A DNA stretch of 64,000 bases from Spirochaetia bacterium. Lineage in GTDB: Bacteria > Spirochaetota > Spirochaetia > DSM-2461. The number at the start of each line of letters is the position of its first letter. Position 1 is the stretch's first letter. The notes beneath the pieces were generated by a model that was not told the origin of the DNA, did not search any database, and saw only the letters and a list, made by a program, of their open reading frames with translations. Below, one piece after another: positions 1 through 9,362 of the stretch. The stretch covers positions 1,472,001-1,536,000 of the forward strand of contig OY764216.1 in NCBI GenBank assembly GCA_963668315.1, written 5' to 3'. A program made the position numbers and the translations under genes.

Positions 1-656
1 AGATCCCAGTGGATCAGGCAGGGTTCGGTAACGGAATCGAGGCAGGCGGATCTCTTTCTTAGCTCTTCGCTGATTTTTTCCGGGCTCAGGGGGAAGGAGG
101 CACCGAATTCCTCCGCATCGGCAAGGATGTTGTCAATCAGCGCTGTAAAGGCTTCCTTCCATGTCGGATAAGCCTCTGCCTCCGGAGAAAAAAGGCCGAA
201 GGAGTCGCCTTTAATCAGATTAATAGATCTGTTGATCCGGCCCTTCTCCTCATCTATCTGCGCGGTAATCCCGGGGGAGAGATCGTTTCTTTTCGAGAGG
301 TAGGAGGACCCTTCCAGCTTTTCCATGATGAAATAATCCGATTCGATAATCCCATGGCTTTCATCTTCGAAGAGTACTTCGGGTGCGGGAATGTCGGCCT
401 GTTTATGGAAGAGCTTCAGGACGGCTATCTCCGTTTTGATGATATCCTTTTCGTACCTCAGGCAGGGAACGCTTTCGGGGGGAGCCGCCTTCAGGAATAC
501 CTCTCCCATACCGGAAAGAGTCAGAGAATAGAGGGCGTTGTACCATCCTTCCCGGTTCTCTTCGGCGGAAAGAAGTCTGGTATCACCGCCAAAGGCTTTT
601 TTTACCATTTTTTCCAGCTGAGCGTGATCCAGCCGCAGTTTTGATTTGCTTTCCAT
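1..656 (-). CDS. Aminoglycoside phosphotransferase (APH)/choline kinase-like protein, 3' end outside window
   Basis: Not in the ORF track. Manual translation from ATG at 656: MESKSKLRLDHAQLEKMVKKAFG...EGWYNALY...VFLKAAPP...YFIMEKLEG...PCLIHWDL; the HWDL catalytic-loop motif sits at the window edge. Confidence 0.75.
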   Translation of the reverse strand, partial: MESKSKLRLDHAQLEKMVKKAFGGDTRLLSAEENREGWYNALYSLTLSGMGEVFLKAAPPESVPCLRYEKDIIKTEIAVLKLFHKQADIPAPEVLFEDESHGIIESDYFIMEKLEGSSYLSKRNDLSPGITAQIDEEKGRINRSINLIKGDSFGLFSPEAEAYPTWKEAFTALIDNILADAEEFGASFPLSPEKISEELRKRSACLDSVTEPCLIHWD

Positions 657-870
657 TTTGTCCCTCCCTGTGTAAACAGAAGTTATTGTAATCCAGGTTT
701 TCTTTTCGGACAACAGTTTTATCTTGCGCGGATGGAACAGGTAGGGTAGTATAGGGGGGTAACAGACTCTGCCTGCCCGCGAGATGGGAAAATTAAGCGG
801 AAAGCCGGAGCTGGCACATCATAAAAAACTGAAGGGAAGGAGCTATCTGACCCAAAGGAGTTCTCAATTC

Positions 871-2289
871 ATGTACGATCCCAAATCGTCCAAGGCAGAG
901 GAATTTATTTCCCACGAAGAGGTTCTGCGTACTCTGAAGTACGGAGAAGAAAACAAGAATAATACCGATCTGATCGATGCCATTCTGGATAAGGCCCGCC
1001 AAAAAAAAGGGCTGACCCACAGGGAAGCGGCCGTTCTGCTGGACTGTGATATTCCGGAAAAGAACGAAGAGATTTTCGCTCTGGCCAATCAGATCAAGAA
1101 AGAGCTGTACGGCAATCGGATCGTGATGTTCGCTCCCCTTTATCTTTCCAACTACTGTGTCAACGGCTGCGTCTACTGTCCCTATCACCATAAGAACAAG
1201 CAGATCACCCGTAAGAAAATGAACAGGGAAGAGATTCAGCGGGAAGTTGTCGCCCTCCAGGACATGGGTCACAAGAGGCTGGCCATTGAAGCGGGGGAGG
1301 ATCCCCTCAATAATCCTATCGAGTATATACTGGACAGCATCGATGCCATCTATCAGGTGAAGCATAAGAACGGCTCGATCCGCCGGGTCAATGTCAATAT
1401 CGCCGCCACCACCGTGGAGAATTACCGGAAGCTGAAGGATGCGGGAATCGGTACGTATATTCTTTTTCAGGAGACCTACCATAAGGAGAGCTACGGCAAG
1501 CTCCACCCCACCGGACCCAAGCACGATTACGCCTACCATACGGAGGCCATGGATCGGGCTATGGAAGGGGGAATCGACGATGTGGGGCTGGGCGTTCTGT
1601 TCGGCCTGGAGCTGTACCGTTACGAATTCGCCGCCCTTCTCATGCATGGGGAACATCTCGAAGCGGCCTTCGGCGTGGGGCCCCATACCATCAGTGTGCC
1701 CCGCATCCGTCCGGCCGACGATGTGGATCCCGCCGCCTTTGACAACAGCATCAGCGACGATATCTTCGCCAAGCTCGTGGCCTGCATCAGGCTGGCCGTT
1801 CCTTACACGGGCATGATCGTTTCCACCAGGGAAAGCCAGGCCTGCCGGGAGAAAGTGCTCAATCTGGGAATATCCCAGGTCAGCGGCGCTTCGAAAACCA
1901 GCGTCGGCGGCTACAGCGAGCCTGAGAAGGAGGATGAGAACTCCGAACAGTTCGATATAAGCGATACAAGAACCCTGGACGAGATTATCCACTGGCTTAT
2001 GGAGATGGGCCATATCCCCAGCTTCTGTACGGCCTGCTACCGTGAAGGAAGAACCGGCGACCGTTTCATGAGTCTGGCCAAGACGGGACAGATTCAGAAC
2101 TGCTGCCATCCCAATGCTCTTCTGACGCTGAAGGAGTATCTGGAGGATTATGCCTCCCCCGGGACGAAGATAAGGGGGGACATCATGATTCAAAGCGAAC
2201 TGGGTAATATTCCCTCCGGGAAAGTCCGGGAAAAGGTGGAGAGCTTTCTGAGCGAAATTGAGCAGGGCCGCAGGGACTTCCGGTTCTGA
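871..2289 (+). CDS. hydG: [FeFe]-hydrogenase H-cluster radical SAM maturase HydG
   Basis: Radical SAM CVNGCVYC, FQETYH, and C-terminal CTAC-x22-C second-cluster motif. Start moved to ATG 871 after SD AAGGAG at 855-860. Confidence 0.92.
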   Translation: MYDPKSSKAEEFISHEEVLRTLKYGEENKNNTDLIDAILDKARQKKGLTHREAAVLLDCDIPEKNEEIFALANQIKKELYGNRIVMFAPLYLSNYCVNGCVYCPYHHKNKQITRKKMNREEIQREVVALQDMGHKRLAIEAGEDPLNNPIEYILDSIDAIYQVKHKNGSIRRVNVNIAATTVENYRKLKDAGIGTYILFQETYHKESYGKLHPTGPKHDYAYHTEAMDRAMEGGIDDVGLGVLFGLELYRYEFAALLMHGEHLEAAFGVGPHTISVPRIRPADDVDPAAFDNSISDDIFAKLVACIRLAVPYTGMIVSTRESQACREKVLNLGISQVSGASKTSVGGYSEPEKEDENSEQFDISDTRTLDEIIHWLMEMGHIPSFCTACYREGRTGDRFMSLAKTGQIQNCCHPNALLTLKEYLEDYASPGTKIRGDIMIQSELGNIPSGKVREKVESFLSEIEQGRRDFRF

Positions 2290-2293
2290 CGAG

Positions 2294-2310
2294 CCCGGCT
2301 CCGCGCCGGG
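2294..2310. terminator. GC hairpin between convergent hydG and AraC genes
   Basis: CCCGGC-tccgc-GCCGGG; no U-tract. Confidence 0.4.
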
Positions 2311-2311
2311 A

Positions 2312-3046
2312 TCAGGAAAGGGCGTCCTTGTGGAGGTCCCTGTACTTTCCCGGTGTAGTACCCGTCGAACGGCGGAACACTCCTATGAAATAGCTGACGT
2401 TATCATAACCCAGCTTGTCGGCAATCAACGAAAGGGATTCGTCCGTTTCGCTCAGAAGGAATCGGGCTTCTTCCATTTTTTTCTCCCGGATATAGGCCCC
2501 TACGGTCTGGGAGTATTCCCGGCGGAACTGGCGGGACAGATAGGAGGGGGTGTATTGCATCTCCCCGGCAAGCTTTGCCAGGCCGATTTTTTCGTCCAGA
2601 TGGGTGAGGATATACTCCGTAGCAGCCCTCACCGCCCGGCTGTGGTTATTCATCGAGTATTTCCGAACCGCTTCGCAGTAGGTGTCGATCATGCGGTTTC
2701 TCAGGGCGGACGTCTCCTCAAGGTCTTTCATCCTCTCTATCCGGCCGGCGAAATCGGAGGATATACCGTGAAGTATCATGGGGGGGAGACCGCCCTGTTC
2801 GGCGGAGAGACGGAGTATGGTATTCAGTACAACAAAGGCATTCTTGGCGGCGCGCAGCGTATTCAGCGGAAGCCGTTTGAGCATTTTATCGGCCAGGGGA
2901 TAGGTCTCGATCAGCCTTTTCGCCCCCTCCCTGTCACCCCGGGCAACGAGATCCCTCAAAGCCCGCTCCCGCAGGTAAGCCTCTTCTATCAGAGGCTTGT
3001 CCCTTCGGCTGGTTTCATCAAGAGCGGGATTATGGATCTCGTACAT
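2312..3046 (-). CDS. AraC-family transcriptional regulator
   Basis: C-terminal double HTH (YTPSYLSRQFRR...IADKLGYDNVSYFIGVFRRSTGTTPGKYR). Confidence 0.9.
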   Translation of the reverse strand: MYEIHNPALDETSRRDKPLIEEAYLRERALRDLVARGDREGAKRLIETYPLADKMLKRLPLNTLRAAKNAFVVLNTILRLSAEQGGLPPMILHGISSDFAGRIERMKDLEETSALRNRMIDTYCEAVRKYSMNNHSRAVRAATEYILTHLDEKIGLAKLAGEMQYTPSYLSRQFRREYSQTVGAYIREKKMEEARFLLSETDESLSLIADKLGYDNVSYFIGVFRRSTGTTPGKYRDLHKDALS

Positions 3047-3062
3047 GGGTAAAGATTATATC

Positions 3063-4898
3063 CTATCTGTCCGGCTTCTTCCATCCCAGATCGGGTATGG
3101 CTTCCCACCGCTCCTTCAGGGTGAAGACGGCCTGTTTCGGCTGCCGTTCCCGGGTGAAGAGTCCCTTTTTGTTGCCCTGAACTCTGATTATCCCCTGGGA
3201 TGTGGCAAAGTCGGCAAAGTTCCAGGCCTGTTCTCCCGCCACCTGGGGATAGCGGTCAAATACATCATGGTTAGCCTGGTAGTACCGGACCTGATACTCT
3301 TCGGTGAACATTACCGTCCCCGTATCGTGAAGGCCTGCGACCGTATCCGCTCCGTATTCTGTGAAGATAATCGGCTTATCCGGCAGAGTCTCATGCCAAT
3401 GGTCCAGTTCCTTCGCCAGATAGGTCATCGCCCTGTCCAGGCGGGCCCCTCCTGAGAAATACCAGCCGTAGTAACGGTTCAGGCAGAGTACATCGGTCAG
3501 GGGAGCCACAAGGTCTTCCCGGCCGCTTCTGTTCTGCATAAGCACGCAGGTGGCCGGTCTTCCCGCCGGGTCGATCTTACGGGCCAGATCCAGCAGGGGG
3601 CCGAAATACTCATCGGCTCCCTCTGTCCAGGACTCCGGTTCGTTACCCACGGACCACATGACCACGGAGGGATGATTTTTATCCCGGCTGATCATCTCTC
3701 CTATCACATCCCTGTGGTGGTCCGCCGTTTTCATAGCTTCCCAGGTCTTCGGCATCTTCTCCCTGTCTCCGGAATGCATGGCAGCGCCGAATCCGACCAT
3801 CAGGCCGACAGCGGGGACTTCGTCTATCACCACGATTCCTTCCCGGTCGCAAAGGCGCATATACTCTTCGGAGTAGCAGTAGTGGCTGGTGCGGAGGGAA
3901 TTGCCTCCCATCCATTTGATAAGACGGATATCCTTGAGATTCATGACCGGATCCACCGCCCGGCCCCTCACGGCCGAATCCTCATGCTTTCCGAACCCCT
4001 TGAAATAGAAGGGCCTGCCGTTTATGAGAAACTGGCCGTCCTTTACTTCCACCCGGCGTATTCCGAAGGACTCGTCATACACATCCCGGAGAACTCCCCC
4101 TTCCGTCAGGCGGACTCTCAGGGTGTACAGATAAGCCTTGCGGGGATTCCAGAGAGTGACCTTCCCAATGCGGAGGGACGACCGCTGTCCTGTCTGACTG
4201 GCGACAACCCGGCTCTCCTCATCAATGACCTCTACCAGCACGTCTCCCTTTGAGGATGTCAGATCCACATTGTAATCCACAATTCCCTGATCGCCCTCAA
4301 AGTCGGAGAGGATCGTTATATCGGTGATGCGGTTCCTGGGGACGCGGTAAATCAGTATGTGGCGCTGAAGCCCGGCATAATTGAAAAAATCAAAGTTGGG
4401 GCTGTTCTCCACCACTTTGCCCCATCCGGGAATTTCCTCCTCTTTGTAGTTTCCCACGGGAAGGGTGGAGAAGTCGAGGATATTGCACAGAGCGACGGTG
4501 AGACGGTTCGTCCCCTTCTTTACTCTGCCGGTTATATCCGCTTCAAAGGGTGTGAATCCTCCGGTATGCTCCGTTATCTGCTCTCCGTTAAGAAAAACCT
4601 TAGCCCTGTGGGTGGCGCTTCCGAATCTGAGAATCAGCGATTCATCATCCTTCGGCGGCGCCAGGGAAAACTCCCTTTCGTACCAGACCCAGCCGCAGAA
4701 TTCCCGGTCTTTCTGGTCCTCGAACATATCGTTCCAGGCCGAGGGGACCGGCATGGAGATCGTCTCTTTCAGAGGGGCGCGGTAGATCTCCTTTTCCAGG
4801 CCTTCCGAATCCCGGCCTTCCCTGGCGTCAAAGCAGAAGCGCCATAGGCCGTCCAGGGAGTGGATATTCCGTGTTTCCGTTTCCAGGGGATAGAGCAT
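3063..4898 (-). CDS. uidA: Beta-glucuronidase (GH2)
   Basis: Typical start MLYPLETETR; FDFFNYAG, GFGKHED, RTSHY, WSVGNEP, TEYGAD, WNFADF and the GUS-specific GNKKG motif. Confidence 0.92.
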   Translation of the reverse strand: MLYPLETETRNIHSLDGLWRFCFDAREGRDSEGLEKEIYRAPLKETISMPVPSAWNDMFEDQKDREFCGWVWYEREFSLAPPKDDESLILRFGSATHRAKVFLNGEQITEHTGGFTPFEADITGRVKKGTNRLTVALCNILDFSTLPVGNYKEEEIPGWGKVVENSPNFDFFNYAGLQRHILIYRVPRNRITDITILSDFEGDQGIVDYNVDLTSSKGDVLVEVIDEESRVVASQTGQRSSLRIGKVTLWNPRKAYLYTLRVRLTEGGVLRDVYDESFGIRRVEVKDGQFLINGRPFYFKGFGKHEDSAVRGRAVDPVMNLKDIRLIKWMGGNSLRTSHYCYSEEYMRLCDREGIVVIDEVPAVGLMVGFGAAMHSGDREKMPKTWEAMKTADHHRDVIGEMISRDKNHPSVVMWSVGNEPESWTEGADEYFGPLLDLARKIDPAGRPATCVLMQNRSGREDLVAPLTDVLCLNRYYGWYFSGGARLDRAMTYLAKELDHWHETLPDKPIIFTEYGADTVAGLHDTGTVMFTEEYQVRYYQANHDVFDRYPQVAGEQAWNFADFATSQGIIRVQGNKKGLFTRERQPKQAVFTLKERWEAIPDLGWKKPDR

Positions 4899-4960
4899 GT
4901 TTATCTTCCTTTGAATTGATCTGTTTCCATGGTAGGTCCAAAATAGAAACCGGGATAGTA

Positions 4961-4992
4961 AAAAAATGAACTGAATATTCAAAAACTGAACT
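4961..4992 (-). promoter_or_regulatory. Candidate AraC-type activator site upstream of uidA
   Basis: Direct repeat AAAAAATGAACT (4961-4972) / AAAAACTGAACT (4981-4992), 20 bp apart, just upstream of a weak -35; -10 TACCAT at 4929-4934 (minus). Confidence 0.4.
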
Positions 4993-5157
4993 TTTTCTTT
5001 CTGTTTTTTCTCTCCCCGTAATGGGATATAGTGAATTGGGGGCCCAAGTTTTCCTCCATAATCCTTCCGGAGACAGCATCATCTATAAGAAAGACGTCCC
5101 GGGATGTATATCTCATGATATAATGATCAATTGTATAGTCATGGGGAGGAGGATAGG

Positions 5158-5922
5158 ATGGATTTATTCAGTTTGAAGGACAACGTTGGATTCGTTACCG
5201 GCGCCGGCAGCGGCATAGGGCAGAGAATAGCAATCGGTCTGGCCGAAGCGGGAGCCCATGTGGCCTGTTTTGACAGAAATGACAGCGAAGGGTTGGAGAA
5301 GACGGTCAAGTCGATTGAAGCCCTGGATCGGAGGGCCCTCAAACTGATCGGCGACGTGACTCTGAAGGATTCACTGGAAGCGGCTCTCTCCCGGGTGGAC
5401 AAGGAGCTGGGAGCTCTTGATGCAGCGGTCAATTGCGCAGGCATCGCCAATGCCAATCCCGCCGAGGAGATGGGGGAGGAGCAGTGGGATACCATGATCA
5501 ATGTCAATCTGAAGGGGATATTTCTGAGCTGCCAGGCCGAGGCGAAAAGAATGCTGGCCAAAGGGTCCGGTTCTATTGTTAATATTGCTTCCATGTCCGG
5601 AGTGATCGTCAACAGGGGGCTGATGCAGGTCCACTACAACAGCGCCAAGGCGGGCGTGATCCATCTGACGAAAAGCTTTGCCATGGAGTGGATAGGGAGG
5701 GGCGTCAGGGTCAACGCCATCAGCCCCGGTTATATTGAAACCCCCATGAATCTGCGGCCGGAAATGAAGGATATCATGGCCGAGTTCGCCGCTTCCACCC
5801 CCATCCAGAGAATAGGGACGGTGGACGAACTGGTCGGACCCGCCGTTTTCCTCTCCAGCAGAGCCGCATCCTTTACCACGGGAGTGAATCTCCTGGTCGA
5901 CGGCGGATACTGCTGCTGGTAG
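5158..5922 (+). CDS. SDR-family oxidoreductase (polyol/sugar dehydrogenase type)
   Basis: TGAGSGIG, NCAG, ASMSG, YNSAK catalytic motif, VNAISPG; SD GGAGG upstream of ATG 5158. Confidence 0.9.
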   Translation: MDLFSLKDNVGFVTGAGSGIGQRIAIGLAEAGAHVACFDRNDSEGLEKTVKSIEALDRRALKLIGDVTLKDSLEAALSRVDKELGALDAAVNCAGIANANPAEEMGEEQWDTMINVNLKGIFLSCQAEAKRMLAKGSGSIVNIASMSGVIVNRGLMQVHYNSAKAGVIHLTKSFAMEWIGRGVRVNAISPGYIETPMNLRPEMKDIMAEFAASTPIQRIGTVDELVGPAVFLSSRAASFTTGVNLLVDGGYCCW

Positions 5923-5937
5923 ACTCTCCGGAGGGGC

Positions 5938-6900
5938 CTACTCTTTGACGCCTCCCGATGTCATGCCTCCGGTCAGATGTTTCTGGATGAGGAGGAACAG
6001 GACGACCACGGGCAGGGCCGTGAGCATGCTGGCCGCCATGATCCTGTCCCAGATGGCGTTCTTGGAGACGAAGAGTGACTTGAGGCCGATGCTCAGGGTG
6101 TAGATGTCCTTATAGGATTTAAGGAAGACCGAAGCGTAGAGATACTCGTTCCAGGCGATCATAAAAGCGTAGATATACACGGTGGCGATAGCCGAGATGC
6201 TCAGGGGGATTATGATTTTCCAGATGGTCTGGAAGTGATTGAGCCCTTCGATAAAGGCGGCTTCCTCAATGGAGAAGGGGATGGTGCGGAAGTAGTTCCC
6301 CAGCATATAGAGGCAGACCGGAAGGGTCTGGACCACATAGATGACGAGTATCGAGAAGACCGTCCCCCCCTGTGTCCCCGCCAGTCCCAGCGCCACGGAA
6401 ACCTTGTACAGGGGAATCAGCAGAAGAATTCCTCCGAACATGTAAACGAACAGAATCCCTCTCTGAATAACCTTGCGGCCCTTATACTCCATACGGGAGA
6501 AGGAATAGGCACCCAGAATGGCTATGACAAGGGATATAAGCGCCGATGTGGAGGCGAAGAGCAGGGAGTTGAGGAAGTACTCTCCGAAGAGGAATACATC
6601 TCCCGTATCCCGGTATTTGGCGATGATCGCCTCCCGCTGTTCCCTTGTCAGGTCGGGTGTTTCCTCCAGAAGGATCCGGACCGACTCGGGGAGATCTTTG
6701 AGATCCTGACCTATTCCCAGAAGTTCGCCGTAGGATTCCCAGTTCAGCTTGAGCGGAATAAGGGAGGGGTTGCCCCAGTCCCAGGGGTATTTCAGGCTGG
6801 TGGAGAGCATCTGAACGAAGGGAAATATGGCGAAGAGGACTATCGCCAGGATAAGGAGGGTGAAGAGTATGTTTTTTATGATTCTATGTTTGGTTACCAT
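5938..6900 (-). CDS. Carbohydrate ABC transporter permease (MalG/YcjP-like)
   Basis: True start MVTKHRII at 6900 overlapping the upstream stop; EAA loop IEEAAFIEG; C-terminal GGVKE. Confidence 0.9.
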   Translation of the reverse strand: MVTKHRIIKNILFTLLILAIVLFAIFPFVQMLSTSLKYPWDWGNPSLIPLKLNWESYGELLGIGQDLKDLPESVRILLEETPDLTREQREAIIAKYRDTGDVFLFGEYFLNSLLFASTSALISLVIAILGAYSFSRMEYKGRKVIQRGILFVYMFGGILLLIPLYKVSVALGLAGTQGGTVFSILVIYVVQTLPVCLYMLGNYFRTIPFSIEEAAFIEGLNHFQTIWKIIIPLSISAIATVYIYAFMIAWNEYLYASVFLKSYKDIYTLSIGLKSLFVSKNAIWDRIMAASMLTALPVVVLFLLIQKHLTGGMTSGGVKE

Positions 6901-7760
6901 TTGAGTACCTTCTTTACATAAAGGATGATGAAGGAGATGAGGATAGCGAACTGGATGATCGAAATGGCCGATCCCTGCCCCATGTCCAGAGCGCCGGTGA
7001 ACGCCTTGAAGTAGGTGTAGACGGGCAGGGTTTTCACGTTGTCCGTTAACAGGTAAATGTCCTCGAATTTGTTCATGTTCCAGATGATTCTCATGAGCAC
7101 GATGGAGCCCAGCACGAAGTAGATCTCGGGCAGGGTGATGTAGAAGAACTTCTTGATTCCCGTACAGCCGTCGATTTCGGCGGCTTCGTAGAGATTCTGG
7201 TCTATGGCCTGGAGCCGGGAGAGTATCATCAGATAGGTAAAGGGGAAGTTTTTCCATATGGAGAAGATGATGGCCACCCAGAGGGCGTAACGGGGGGAGC
7301 GGATCAGGTTGAACCGTTCCGGATAGATGGCCCACTGGTCCACCATGAGATGCATGAAGATGCCGTTGACAGGATCGAAGAAAAACTGCCAGGCGAAGAC
7401 GACCGATATGACCGGCGCGATATAGGGGAGAAGCAGAAGGCTGCGGACCAGCCCCTGCCCGGGGAATTCCTTGTTCATGGCCAGGGCGACGATCAGCCCG
7501 AAGAGGGTGGTTCCCGCGGTGGTGAAAAGGACGTAAAGGGCGGTGGTCAGGAAGGCCCGCCAGAATTCGATGTCCGTAATGACATCGGCATAGTTGGAAA
7601 GGCCTATATAGAGGCTCTCTCCCGAGAGTTTGACATCGTGGAAACTCAGGTAGAGATTATAGATGACCGGGTAGATGATGAGCAGACCGATAATAATTAC
7701 GGCCGGAGCGATAAGCCGGACCCCCAGCTTCGCCTGCTGTTGCTGAAGTGTTCCTTTCAT
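6894..7760 (-). CDS. Carbohydrate ABC transporter permease (MalF/YcjO-like)
   Basis: Six hydrophobic segments; EAA loop LYEAAEIDG. Confidence 0.9.
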   Translation of the reverse strand: MKGTLQQQQAKLGVRLIAPAVIIIGLLIIYPVIYNLYLSFHDVKLSGESLYIGLSNYADVITDIEFWRAFLTTALYVLFTTAGTTLFGLIVALAMNKEFPGQGLVRSLLLLPYIAPVISVVFAWQFFFDPVNGIFMHLMVDQWAIYPERFNLIRSPRYALWVAIIFSIWKNFPFTYLMILSRLQAIDQNLYEAAEIDGCTGIKKFFYITLPEIYFVLGSIVLMRIIWNMNKFEDIYLLTDNVKTLPVYTYFKAFTGALDMGQGSAISIIQFAILISFIILYVKKVLKW

Positions 7761-7778
7761 GGAAAGCTCCCTTTTTTA

Positions 7779-7877
7779 GAATGAAGAGTTAGGAATGAAG
7801 AGTTGAGAATGGGGAAACCATGGATTTCAAGGATATCCGCGCACATCCGTGCTTTCCCCATCCGTGCTGATCCGTGC
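7779..7877. repeat. Intercistronic heptamer-periodic tract, four ATCCG(C/T)GC repeats and a 16-bp stem-loop
   Basis: GAATGAA|GAGTTAG|GAATGAA|GAGTTGA|GAATGGG at 7779-7813; ATCCGYGC at 7835, 7845, 7860, 7870; stem 7810-7825 pairs with 7845-7860. Confidence 0.8.
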
Positions 7878-7879
7878 GT

Positions 7880-9247
7880 CTATTCGACTTTTTCCATTTC
7901 CTTTTCGGCCCAGTCCATGGCGCTGTCCACGTCCATTCCTTCCTGGGTGATTTTATAGATCATCTGGGGAATAATCTGCTGGGCGTAAACCTTGCTGGCC
8001 TTTTCAATTCTGTTTCCTTCCACAATGGAGAAGGTCTCAATGCTGTCCATCCCCTCGATAATTTCGGCCATTTTTTCGGCGCCGTAGTGCTTGAAAATAC
8101 CGTTGGGATCGTTCTGGAAACGGGGATTGGTGGAGATCTCCTTAAGGGCCGGGTTCATGCCGCCCGGTGCCATATGGAGGAACGTGATGTAGGCGTTCTG
8201 CGTATAGAGGTAGCGGAGGAATGCCTTGGCCGCATTGGTTACGGCGGGGTCTTCCTGTTTCAGGAGGGCCATGGAGACGACGGTTCCGTAGCCGGCGGGT
8301 TTCTTCCTGGTGATAAGGGAGGCCATCTTCGTGTTGTTGACCAGTTCGGGATCGAAGGTGGAGCCTTCCAGATCGGCAAAATTCTCCGCAGTCAGTGAAC
8401 CGGCGGCGGCGTCCTGGAGGGCCAGATCATCCATGATGTAGGTGGAGTAGAAGAACATGGCCATCTTGCCCTGGATATAGTAGTCGCGGGCACGCCAGGT
8501 CTGCGGTCCGGGAGGGTTGTATTTCGCCAGTTCGGCATAGTATTCCACGGTTTCCCGCATGGCGGGAGAGTTGAAGATCAGCTTGCCGTTTTTATCGTAG
8601 AGCTGGGCGCCGTTGGACAGGGCGAACTGGGTAAAGCACTGCTCCGTGTAGGCTTCGGCGGTGGTCCCCACCAGGATTCCGTACTGATTCTGGGCGGGCT
8701 TGTAGAAATATTCGGCGGCCTTGAGAATATTCTCCCAGGTATTGGGAGGCTCCAGCCCGGCTTTTTCAAACCAGTCGGCCCTGTACCAGATACCCTGGAC
8801 CCAGCCGTGGTAGGGAAGGGCGTAGTATTCCCCCGAACCGCTCTGAAGCAGTTTGAGGGTTCCCGCATAGAATTTATCCTTGCCGATTTCATTCAGAAGG
8901 GATTCGTTGGCTTTCGTATCCATAATCCCTTCGGCTCCGAAGGAGACGGCCGTTTCCGAACCGGCTTCGATGAGGGGAGGCAGATTTCCCGCGGCAGAGG
9001 CGGCCTGGATCTGCCCGGCCATATCGTTTTCATCTACGGGAATGACATTTATGGAAACATCCGGGTTGATGGCTGTATAAGTGTCTACCAGAACCTGTAT
9101 GGTGGCCAGCCTGTCCGACTGGGTCTCCGTTGTCCAGAATTCGAACTCCACCGGCCCGGCGGCGGTTTTGTCCTCTTCTCCCCCGTTGGCGAAGATAAAG
9201 GGAAGCGCCAGGGTCAACATAAAGGTCAGGATTAAGATCCGTTTCAT
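7880..9247 (-). CDS. Sugar ABC transporter substrate-binding protein (YcjN-like)
   Basis: Signal peptide MKRILILTFML...ANGGEE; WYRADWF...PNTWE motif; SD AAGGAG at 9254-9259. Confidence 0.88.
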   Translation of the reverse strand: MKRILILTFMLTLALPFIFANGGEEDKTAAGPVEFEFWTTETQSDRLATIQVLVDTYTAINPDVSINVIPVDENDMAGQIQAASAAGNLPPLIEAGSETAVSFGAEGIMDTKANESLLNEIGKDKFYAGTLKLLQSGSGEYYALPYHGWVQGIWYRADWFEKAGLEPPNTWENILKAAEYFYKPAQNQYGILVGTTAEAYTEQCFTQFALSNGAQLYDKNGKLIFNSPAMRETVEYYAELAKYNPPGPQTWRARDYYIQGKMAMFFYSTYIMDDLALQDAAAGSLTAENFADLEGSTFDPELVNNTKMASLITRKKPAGYGTVVSMALLKQEDPAVTNAAKAFLRYLYTQNAYITFLHMAPGGMNPALKEISTNPRFQNDPNGIFKHYGAEKMAEIIEGMDSIETFSIVEGNRIEKASKVYAQQIIPQMIYKITQEGMDVDSAMDWAEKEMEKVE

Positions 9248-9317
9248 AAACAACTCCTTAGAATATAGAATTATATTTTATTCTAGAAGTGATACCCGGG
9301 GGCGGGCAATATCAGGG

Positions 9318-9346
9318 AAGTACCGGAGAAGTACCAAAAAAGTACC
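9318..9346. promoter_or_regulatory. Three AAGTACC direct repeats with 11-bp period upstream of the binding-protein promoter
   Basis: AAGTACC at 9318, 9329 and 9340; candidate promoter TTGCCC (9304-9309) / TAGAAT (9280-9285) on the minus strand. Confidence 0.65.
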
Positions 9347-9362
9347 ATCGATGATCGGCAAA

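Noticed and set aside
354..644. 96-aa plus-strand ORF
   Set aside because: Overlaps the better-supported minus-strand APH-family gene.
793..2193. 466-aa antisense ORF over hydG
   Set aside because: Shadow frame of a well-supported gene; no recognisable motifs.
6901..7335. Long N-terminal extension of the 5938 permease, suggesting a fusion or frameshift (same pattern at 40489-40956 and 20749-20889)
   Set aside because: The extensions are off-frame overlaps with the upstream gene; good internal starts exist at 6900, 40488 and 20890.
7835..7877. Possible mini-CRISPR
   Set aside because: Repeats are 8 bp with 2-7 bp gaps and no cas genes are present.
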